Assembly (NCBI GenBank): GCA_951406725.2
Contig: OX597816.1
Span: 154,566,001-154,630,000 of the forward strand
Origin: Octopus vulgaris
Taxonomy: Eukaryota
Reading direction: 5' to 3'
DNA length: 64,000 bases
The notes below the pieces were generated by a model that was not told the DNA's origin, did no database searches, and saw only the letters and a list, made by a program, of their open reading frames with translations. The translations under genes and the position numbers were made by a program. Positions 43,246 to 54,450 of the stretch are shown here, piece after piece. The stretch's first letter is position 1; each line of letters starts with the position of its first letter.

Positions 43246-44195
43246 TATAGGTTAGAGCGGAGATCTGCTGCCGTAAGTACGGCGAACCGGTTAATAGTTT
43301 GTCAACTAACGTTTTCTGTTGTTTCACTGGTATTTAACAATATTTAGATACATCATTCTATATCCCAAGTTCAAACTCGTTTCGGGTCGGCTTTGCAGCT
43401 CATCTTTTCAAAGATTGACGAATTAAGTAACACTCAGATATTGGAGTGTAACCTTCTGTGTGCGTTAACGATGTGTAACCTTCTGCGTGCGTTAGAAATG
43501 ACTATATGGTTTAAAAGATCTAGCTATTTACGGTGTTTGCCGCTCATTCGCCTTCATAATAATGATGTTTTAAAACATTGTTTCAACTCTTATGATATTC
43601 ATTTTCTTTTCATTTTCTATTATGAAACATTTCTCAAAACTATGATCTTGATGTCTAGTATAACTAATTCAGAATTTTATCTGTATATATACAGTATTGG
43701 TCATTCATTTGCCATAACAATAACGATTTTTACCTTTGTTACCATATACTTTTGAAATACATTTCCCGCTATTTCCCATCACCAAAGATTTTCCAAACAA
43801 TGATAAAAGTTTTGAAACTAAAGAACTAATTCCCCTCCTTAGCGTTTATCTTTGAAATTCACTTCAATATTAATCATAACTCTTATTAAAACGAAACTTC
43901 AAATCTTATTCCACTCGGAGACACAAATATCTCATTGTAGAAATTATTAATTCGACCAGGATAATAGAAATATCTACAAATAGATAAGAAAGCTTTATTT
44001 CACTGATCGATAAAGTAATTTAGTTGCGACTTGATCCACTGCAGCAAGATAATGTACATATAAGATTTTCGATTCCAGTAGTACAAGAAAAGTGAAAATT
44101 ATTGCTTACACAGCATTCTTTTATGTTCCTTAGCAAGTAATATATGTATGTATGTATGTGCGTGCGTGCGCGCGTGATTGTGTATGTATGTAAGT

Positions 44196-44850
44196 CATTA
44201 TTCAGTTTTATTTCAAGATATCTTGCCAATAGAGAAAGAGCCGGTTTCTAACCTATATTCAAGGCTCCTTCATTGGAATTTCAACAACATCAACAGGGTA
44301 TTTTTGTATGTATGTATGTATGTATGTATGTATGTATGTATGTATGTATGGCCATGGTTTCTACCATACTGTTGGTTCTTATTACTTTGGCATCGGGGTT
44401 ATCCTTCCGATGGATCTCGTTATACAGTGTCCTAGCTACGTCATCATATCTCTTCGGTTGATAATACCCTAATGACATTTTTGGATAACTGCTTATGACG
44501 TGGACATCTTCAGTGTTAACTCCACTAAGTCTGCATCAGTTCTCACATTTTGCTGTTTTTCCTGCGTCTCTGTCCCTTTTGTGCATCAGGTATTTGGTTG
44601 ATATTTCCTGTTTCTGGATTGCAAACGCACACCCTTCGAGGTGGGAGGTAGTAATCCGGTTGTTAGTCTATGATAGACTACTTTAATGATCAATGTTACT
44701 ATCGTCTCTGAGCTTTCTACTTACATATTTATGCATAGTTTTCTGTTGATTTACGCTCATCCTTTCATCTGATGGTACATTGTGGTAGAGTCGTGCAGCT
44801 TCTCTGGCCATGTCTTTAAGGTCACCAGTGAGGTATCCTTCAGACTTCCT
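44196..44850 (-). mobile_element. R4/Dong-like (RLE-type) LINE fragments embedded in (TATG)n
   Basis: Minus strand reads HLEGCAFAIQKQEISTKYL...CRLSGVNTEDVHVISS..YY.PKRYDDVARTLY, a decayed CCHC knuckle plus RHD-like motif. 44196-44302 is probably its 3' end (inference). Confidence 0.65.
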
Positions 44851-44884
<34 letters not shown>

Positions 44885-47040
44885 TGTATGTATGTATGTA
44901 TGTATGTATGTATGTATGTATGTATGTATGTATGTATGTATGTATGTATGAGAGTGAGTGAGTGAATGAGACAGCGAAAATGTGTGTGTGCATGTACTTT
45001 GCAAAGAATTCGGCAGAGATACATATGCGCGGTATGCAAGTGAATCCGTACAATATGCGTAACATACTCCTGTTAACCCAACAAAATAGGAACTCTAGGC
45101 TAACTTGTAGAAAAATCAGCTGACGTAGGCTTGTGCTGGCGCCACGTAGTCTGGGTTAATGAAATTTAACTACAGATTTAAGTTCGCATCGCAAGCATGC
45201 CACACATATAATATAAAATACTACCTTACGATTTGTATCCAAGCATTCTCTGCTGTTCAAGCTATCCTGTGTTGCAACTGATTTCTTAAAAACAATGTCT
45301 ACACTCTCACTATCACTCACTGCTCATTTGGACTTATATTGCTGTAGAGTCGTGCGAATAAGCAACTTCTTCACAATACGAGTAATAACTTCCAGTTATA
45401 CTGACTCATAGTCTTGCTCGTTCCTAAAAAAATTATGTGTTGTAACCACTTTTATAAATCTTCTGTCACCAACAGTTTGACTACATCTTGGTCTGTATTG
45501 AGGATATTTGTTTCAGCACATTTCTTTGAAGTCTCTCTGATTTTTCTCCCACACCAATGCTGCTAGGACAAAAGCCAAAGCCTTTCCAGATCTTACACCA
45601 GCTACTGTCCTTATTTGGGTTACCAAAACATTTGATATCCTTCTCATCATTGCCTAACATATACAACAGAGCAGCTTCTTCTGTTATTCCTTCTATGCCA
45701 CTTTTATGCGGAATATATTTTCTAGCAAATTTGTTTTATCTATGACCCATCTAAGATAGCTTAGCGGGAGACTAATGCCAACCTTCCATGTGTGTCAGGT
45801 ATATAGCACATATAATCAAAGGTCACAACCCCTAAACCTTCAAGTGGTTTACTCAAATAAGCGAATAATGTTACCTATAATATTTAGAGGAAGTCACCAA
45901 TTACTATCCCTCACTCAGTAGATTTACTCACCATCACAACGCCAGCAAAATACCACCAAAACATCTGATACGTTTTGGTGTCGTTTTGCATTTGCAAAGG
46001 ATTCCTTTGTGCATCACACAGCCTGCAAATTCTTTTATTTCTCAAATTGCAGCTAAGTCTAATTCTTTTATCTCTCAAATTGCAGCTAAGTTCTAATTAA
46101 GAACGCTGGTGCTCACTAATTTGACAACACTCGTGATTATAATTAGTGGCATCTATTGTATTAGATATTATTGTATTTGAATGCAGAATTATTATTTCAC
46201 AATTTCGTCTTCCATTTGACATTTGAGATAATGCGATGTTTTATAAATTTATGGAATTGTCATCCGAAAGAGCTCAAACTGTTTCTGTGATAATGGAATT
46301 ATGTTCGAGTTGATATTAATTTCATTAAATGCTTGCTTCGAATGCTGTGTCAGACAAGTAGATACAAATCGTTTGGAATTTCAGGTAGACATCGAGTCAC
46401 GATTTTTCAAACTGATCGTGTAATTCATCATCATTTCGCCTCATCTCAACGCACATATTAGTAATGCTACTAAAAGTTCAGTAGCCAACAACGGTAAAAT
46501 GTAGCATTAAGACAATAAAACGATGACTACAGAAATTCTAAGACTCCAGGAAAAATACCAACGTTATTACGAAAAAAAAAACAACCCAAAACAAACAAAA
46601 ACAAAAGAAGCAATAAAAAAAGGCTTTAATTTTGTAGGGATAATAAGAATTAAATTTTGGAGGAGAAATTTCCTAGAATCATATTTTGTTTCGAAACATT
46701 CATTAAGCAGTTAATATCGAATTAAATTCAAGGTTCAGTCCCATGTATACTTTTGCAAGAGTCACTTAATGCCCATCCATTTTGATACGAGGAGAGGGAA
46801 TTTCTGTAAAAAGGCAATGCCATAAACTCTAAAACCTATCTGGGTATCGTGAAGAAGTTGCTTACTCGTATGATTTGCTTACTCGTATATTTGCTCTATG
46901 TACATAACCATTCTGGCAAACGCTTGACACCTGAAGAAAGCTGGAGCGTACACAACCTAAGCTTAGTAAAAAGTAACAACCAAGACAAGGACACCATTGC
47001 GATTAATTCTTGAAAGTCTGTTTCAGTTTTAATGCGATTA

Positions 47041-47205
47041 AATGATAAATGATTAGGATCATCTCCTGACCTTAATCACATAGAAAATGGATGGGATCAT
47101 ATAAAAAAGAAAATTGCATTTTATAATTCTTCATATACGTTTGATATAAAAGAGATTCTATATGTTTGGATACAGAAAATAATTTTAGAGAAGTTTAAGC
47201 ATCTC
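47041..47205 (+). pseudogene. Tc1-type transposase C-terminal fragment
   Basis: Reads SPDLNHIENGWDHIKKKI, matching the Tc1 SPDLNPIEN.W motif. It stops where the GC-balanced island begins. Confidence 0.7.
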
Positions 47206-47433
47206 GGGTTGTATTCACGAGTGATTGAAGGCAGGAGGCTGAACTGGATGCTAGAATGGAGGTGCTGGCACAATAATGCGTCAGTTTCAGCATTTGATCT
47301 TAAGAAGAGGAGAAACCGGTAGACAAGCTAGAGGCACTATCTTCAATTCAGTTTTCGTGCCTATCTTATCCTTACCTTTGGTCAATAATGTTGGATAATG
47401 ATCGAAAGAGTATGAGCGCGAATTCAAGCGGCC

Positions 47434-47591
47434 GCAATGGGGTTCTTCCGAAGGGTTACTTGGAGTAATGTTACTCGATAGGGTGCGTAGTTGGTGTCCA
47501 AGGAGTCTTTCCAGGTCGAGCCGCTTCTTCTCCGTACTGAGGGGTCACAGTTCCGGTATCACGGACATGTGATTAGAACTTCACTGGAAAG
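47434..47591. repeat. 158 bp unclassified direct repeat, copy 2
   Basis: 153/158 identical to 43088-43245. Confidence 0.95.
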
Positions 47592-49645
47592 AATTGCGAG
47601 ACTGATTCTTTAAGCTAAGCCGACCGGCAGGAGCCCCGGGGGTAGACCAAGAACGAAATGGTTGAATAATATCTATAGTCGCAACTGATCACACTCGGGG
47701 ATCCATACGGAACATCTAATGATAGTTGCTCTTGGTAAGAAATGCATGAAAACTCTACCACCACGACCCTTCCAGGAAAAGTTGGCGAAGTATCATTCTA
47801 AGACAAAGAAGTACCATTCTACGGATAACATTGTTATTTGTATTTTTGCAAACTATTCACAAGTTATTTGTTTATTTCAAACAATTTCTTTGTTTTTCCT
47901 CTACACCAGAGCTTTCCAAACACTTGCATTGGCGATACACTCCTTAGAAAGAATGTTTTTAGGATACATTATCTAACAAAATATGAAATGTATGAATGTC
48001 ATAATTTTCGATGGCACGAGTATACAATCCATGATTACGTTATATAAATTCGATTTAGTTGAACAAAATAAAAATGAGTTTGGTGGTGTGAAGAACACAG
48101 TTCTTGACTATTTAGTGGAATGTTTGAAAGAGATACCGGCATTTCTTCATCTAGCATTTAAAAAAAATATTTGTTGATTAATAACCCATGTTTACAAGTG
48201 CTGAAAGGGAAAAATTGCAGAAGTGCTGAAAGGGAAAACTTCTAACGTGTTTTTGAAAATATGCACTGGAATGCATCTCTGAAACGTAAACACAAAAACT
48301 ATCTAATTTACTCTCTTTTATATCTTTAACAAAGTCCATAAAATTCTTTTATTCATAGTTAATTCTTCTTTTTTAATCAGTGAAAGCTGTTGTAGCTGAA
48401 ACAAATAGATCTCTGACTCAATCATACTCTTTTATTTGGAAATTGGTGAAGCAATTATGTCCCCCTCCTCCAAGCAATAGAAAATGATCAAAGATTAGAA
48501 AAAAAAAAGACTATCATAGTTTAAGTTCCATTCATCAGCTTAGGAAAACATTTAGAAATTTTCTGCTTTCAGTTTCTTTTTACAGAACATAATTTTGTCT
48601 CACAATTTTTATCCATCAATGTTAAACTATTTCCCCCACTTCCATGCATAATTGTGTTTATTTAAATATTTAAATGTCAAAAAGATACGTCAATTTTGCT
48701 GCGCACAAAATTTCGCGTAGACTTAAATTACAAATTCAATTTACTGCTTCTCTTGCAAATGGTTGAACATCATTTCTCTAAATCTATATAAATGTCAAAA
48801 TACTCAATATCTTGAAAGCCAACGAGCTTCAGTGTACATTTCTCCCATCTCCTTGCAAATTCGAGCAAATAATCTTGATTTAAGAGGCCTATTTTTAAAT
48901 ATAACCGACCATTTGAACAACTTATGCCATAATTATCTTTAAACAAATTTCAACTGTTCCTGCAACTAACTCTTTATGATGTATAAAGCAATTTTTTAAA
49001 ACCAAAACTGAAAAACCCTTTGATAAACCAGTTATTGCGGATGCGCTATCCGTAATCATACGCAATTAACCTATTGCAAATGGTTTCATTTTATAAAGCT
49101 GTCTGTAAATTTAAATATACATTCACGTCTAGATTTTAATGGAGCTTTTTATCAGCGCAAGAATTACTCAATAATAATTCGCTGTACTAACCTTTTTGTA
49201 TCTGTTCACTTGTCTAGTTGTAATGCAAATTAGAGAAAAATTCATTCATTCTTTCCCGCACCTATCCCATTCCTTTCTCACTTTCTCTTCTCTCTTCTAT
49301 TCACTCATCTACAACCCATACCTATCTGTCATAATGACTGTCTTTCTCACTCTATATACCCACATGGACCAATTTCCATATTAGCTAACCACTTAATTCT
49401 TTTCCTTCAATATGAACGCAATATTCAAAATACTGCCAAAATACTGCCTGGATTTACCTGGGATTATACTTAAGGACTTACACCTTCACGGAAGTACGGA
49501 CCAAACTCCTTACTCTCTGGAAGAAGATGAGCTGTGAAATTTATTCTCCTGCCGGGAATCTACTATCTATTGTTTTACTCTTTATTCTTCTAACTACTAT
49601 TTTATTCTTTTATAAACTGTGAATTCCCTCTCTGTGAATTCCCTC

Positions 49646-49683
49646 GTCTCTGATGATGGAATACCCAGAAACAGCTGTAAGAC
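49646..49683 (+). ncRNA. Minimal type I hammerhead ribozyme (Penelope-like-element type)
   Basis: GUCU-CUGAUGA-UGG(AAUAC)CCA-GAAA-CAGCUG-UA-AGAC: intact catalytic core, helix I 4 bp, helix II 3 bp, palindromic helix III. Confidence 0.8.
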
Positions 49684-49943
49684 ATCCATTAATTAATTAC
49701 TTCAAATTCACCTTACTCTAATTAAATATACTAAATTACTTGAGATACTCGTCCTGCCTTGGTTTTTGTTGTCTTTCTTCCTCTAATATATACCTGCTAA
49801 CTCGGAAGCCTACAACGGATCCCAAGCACCAGCCTCATCTATGAACTTGCAACCTAACGGATGACCAATTATAGCACTTACACAGCGTACCTATTCATTT
49901 AGATCAGCAGTGGATTAAACCTCTCATATTCTATATGCACGCG

Positions 49944-50006
<63 letters not shown>

Positions 50007-50151
50007 TCACTCGCACACACACATGTATGTTTTTAGGATCAGTTATAATAAAAACTCTACTTTGTAGAGTACAAGTTTATTATTCTTCAACAAGAATGAT
50101 GGCTTAGCAGGCCGAAACTTCTAAGTCATTCTCAATAATATTCTTGTTTCA

Positions 50152-50217
<66 letters not shown>

Positions 50218-50314
50218 ATTAAAGCTGCAAAATGCTTTTGAAAACTGTTTCTCAGTTTCAAGTACCCGTTCCTTAGACAGCTGTAACATACATACATATA
50301 TATACATACATACA

Positions 50315-50350
<36 letters not shown>

Positions 50351-51056
50351 TGCGCGCGCACACACACACGTGCGTACGTGCATATACATCCATACAAACA
50401 CATATAAAATGGGATCTCACACATTTTCCGTCAAAGAAATCTATCCACAAGGCATTGGTCTGCCCAGGGCTATTGTTGAAGACACTTCCTCAAGGTGCCA
50501 CGTAGTGGGACTGAACCTGAAACCACGTGGCTGCAAAACTAGCTTCTTAACTGCAAAGCCATGCCTGTGCTTAAGGAATTTTTCTACATTTCGAACTTAA
50601 TCGAATGCACACATTATTCGAACTCTTGCTGAAGATTCTTGGTTTCTGGAATTGTATGTGACTCCTTGTTTTTGGCATTTATCTGAATAACAATGTAACT
50701 TGACATTTGTGTTTTCGTGTTAAATAATATCGAATGCTTCTTAATAGATTTTTAATTGAGAACTCCTGGAGGTATTTTAAAAGCTTTTTAGACAAATGAT
50801 TATGTTTAGAGATAAAATAAAGTGCGATTCAGTTTATTCGGGACCGTACTTTCATTTGCAAGTATATCACCACAGACCAAACTCCGATGAAAGATTTCTT
50901 TCGACACCAGAAAATGTAAAAACAGTTTTTTATAATCTTCTTTGAATAAATGAGGCTTAGAAACTTTACTTGTCCATCTCTTATGTAGTAAAGCATGCAC
51001 ACACACATGCACACACACACACGCACACACACATGCACACACACACAGGCGCACAC

Positions 51057-51098
<42 letters not shown>

Positions 51099-51476
51099 AC
51101 AGACAGACAGACAGACAGACACACGAATCAAAATATTCAGTAATCTTTCGGCTACCAAATAAAGTATGGTTTTTGTACAACACTTTTTTTACTACAAAAA
51201 TAACCCCGAAAACGAGGTCGGATCGCACAATTTTGAGGTCATTTTTCGGGCAATATTTGGATTTGCTACTAATTTACGATGCCAATTTTAATGTTTTTGG
51301 CGTAAAAAAATGCAGCAATGTACAAAGAGTGTTATGAGCGCATTTGTGATGTACAAAGCCCTATTTGTCAACGGAAAATGATCGAAAAACATGTTTTTTT
51401 TGGCACAATTATTGGCACATTTTCTGTACCGCCCACTTCCGCTTTTTTCTTTATTCTTTCGATCTCTATGTTTTCG

Positions 51477-51957
51477 ATATAAGAGAATACGATTTTGCCC
51501 CCAAATCACATTTTCAAAATGTTATCCCTACTTCCCACCCCAATTTCTTAATTTTCAACTTTATTCGATTTTTTTAATCCACGAAGAAAAATACCGAGAT
51601 TGCGAAACTGGGAAATTTTTTTTTTTTGATTTTAATTTTTCTTAAAGAAACACTCAATGTCCCTCCCCACCTCGCCTACCCATTACCTCCCCGTTTTCAA
51701 AAGGCTAAAAACTCCGAATATTTCACTTTCGTCTGATGTTTGCGCAGACCACCACCAGAAAACCCGGCTAGAAACAACAGCTAAACAACATTATTCCCTG
51801 CTTTTAAAAGAGCTAAAAAGTGAAACATTCGGAGTTTTTAGCCTTTTGAATGTGAGGAGGTAATGGGTAGAGGTTGGGGAAGGGAGTTTGAGTATCTCTT
51901 TAAGAAAATTTTAAAAAAATTCTTAAAGATTCGTAATCTCTGTATTTCTCTATGTTG

Positions 51958-52001
<44 letters not shown>

Positions 52002-52095
52002 TTCGAAAAAGTTAAAACTGAAAAAATTAGGATGGAGAGGGTGGAAATCAAAATTTTGAAAACGTGTCTTTTGGGCAAAATTCTAATCTCTTATA
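51477..52095. repeat. Large imperfect inverted repeat (fold-back), ~250-280 bp arms, ~87 bp spacer
   Basis: The inner 34 bp TTCAAAAGGCTAAAAACTCCGAAT(A/G)TTTCACTTT match at 33/34, and homology continues outwards. Confidence 0.8.
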
Positions 52096-53480
52096 TAAAA
52101 AAAGGTGGGAGGGGCGCATATGTCACCACCGACATGCTAGAAACAACAGCTAAACGATACGGTTTCTGCAAAAAAACTTCCTTTTAAGTGTATATCGAAG
52201 ATCACAAACACAGATTACAAAAAAAAAAAATGAAGGTCGGTGGCGTTCGGATCAAAGCACGCACTAAATAAAAACCCCTCATAACTTTTTAATTTTAAGA
52301 ATTTTCACAAAGGTTTTTCGATTCTGTCTTCTGCATAATGGAATTAATACGATCATCCAATAAAACAATTTTATTAAAAGTATTCCCCCACTAATTCCAA
52401 AATTTCCCACTACTTTTCGATTAAAAGGAAACATTTTTGGTTTTAAAATACGGACAGTCCGATACTGCCATTCGTTTCTCTTTATAATTTCCAAATAATT
52501 TTAAAAAAATATTTCGAAATAAAAATTCTTCGATGTTTGTGTAAGAGAAAATCATTTACTAACAGAAAATTATGTTATGAAAATAAATTACCTGTAACTT
52601 ATCTTTAAATTATTGCGGATAACGTATTAAAACTCGAAAACTTGCCCACGAAGTGTACAATCTAAATTTCAATCTGATTGTGATCTTCTCGCTAAGGGTC
52701 ACTCTTATTTCTAAAAGAAAACGGATCTGTTTTGTTAAAAACAAAAGACAGTGCGTATTGTGTCATTCTTCCAATTTTCCTGGCAAAGGAAGTTTTGCAT
52801 ACTTGCAATATATGACAACAAGGCAAAGAAGGGTCTTCTTGTGCCTGCTCCAGTTATTCTCTATTTTCGCACGGTGTTCTCAAGGCGGAGCCCCTGTAGC
52901 GAGGCACAAAGAAGCCAACGCCATTTTGAAACAGCGAGATCTGGTCTGCAACCATTATTTAAGGAAAAGACAGCATTTTCCATCTCATTCTTCTCACGCT
53001 GACGCCGAGCAAGATTTCGAAACCAGGAGCTCCCGCTGTCATACCACATGCATTGTCGCCAGAGGTTATTGAACTTCACGTGTATGGGAGGGAAGGCTAA
53101 CAACGCACTGCTGTGAAGATGATTATTGAAAGCAAACCCCTTATACAAAGCACCTGTGAATAAACGGTTATTGAATTTACTCAGCCCGAGAACTTCATTC
53201 TTCGTATTTCCAGCTCATTGTATCAAAAGAAGAATTATAATGGAAGAAGATACCCCAAAAGTATCATAAAATCCTTCCTTCCGTTATAACCTCCTTCTCT
53301 AAATTAATAATAGCAGATAATATTCATATGATTTCTATTTCTCTACATTTTTATGACCTTAACACAATTGTAACTTAAGTGTAAATTTATTTCAACTGTA
53401 GTTACAAAAGAATTATATTTCACCTCCTCCAGCAGGAAAAAACATGTTTAAACAGGTAATTTTGAAGAAAATAAAGCGGA

Positions 53481-53559
<79 letters not shown>

Positions 53560-53804
53560 TCACACACACACACACACAAAATCTAAAATAGGGTAATTTC
53601 AACCTTTTACAGCAAAGCGCTTCAAATAGAAAAATCTTTAACATATTTTGCAAATACATAACTTCAATACAATACTAGGTATTGTTAGCGAAAAAACCAT
53701 TCTTTTTCATATAAAGCAGAATATTTCCTGTTATATTTCAACTAAAAGACTCGAAGAAAGAAAAGCAGAAACTTGCGCTCGCGCACACTACGCGCACGCA
53801 CGCA

Positions 53805-53886
<82 letters not shown>

Positions 53887-54106
53887 AACAGACAGGCAAA
53901 CAATCCGAAACAAAGAAATGTATAAAATGAACTCGACAATAAATTTTATATAAACAAAACTGTTTTCTCAGAAAATATTTCCTACTCAATTGTTAAAATT
54001 ATTCTTTAATGTTTCGACTTCAAGAAATATTTTGCTGCTCAAAAATCACATAACAATGTGATGTATATTTTGTAGTCAGATGTTACTGCAAGAACGTATG
54101 TGAGAG

Positions 54107-54215
<109 letters not shown>

Positions 54216-54450
54216 ATCTCTGTGTGTGTGTATGAGAAGTATAAGATTTGTAATAGTGGAGTCAGAGAATTGTACGGCTATCACAGAAAGCTCATCTTAC
54301 GGATTTGGCTATCAGTCCACATAATAATTAATTACAAAGAAGGGTAATGTAGAGTGTCCATGTCAAGCAATTGACTATCCTAATATTAAGGATAGTCAGT
54401 TCCTTAAATTATATCTACTACTTTAACTTAATTGATATGCAGCAATATAA

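Noticed and set aside
45290-45750. Possible transposase relic on the minus strand
   Set aside because: No diagnostic motif could be identified.
43088-47591. The 158 bp repeats as LTRs of a retrotransposon
   Set aside because: No TG..CA ends, PBS, PPT, TSD or gag/pol between them; the interior is unrelated host repeats.
43088-47591. Canonical diversity-generating retroelement
   Set aside because: Mismatches are not all at adenines of one copy, no target ORF ends in the repeat, and the only intact-looking RT nearby is a CR1 LINE.
46028-48240. Short two-copy tandem duplications (33 bp at ~46028, 17 bp at ~46859, 25 bp at ~48196)
   Set aside because: Common slippage products with unrelated sequences.
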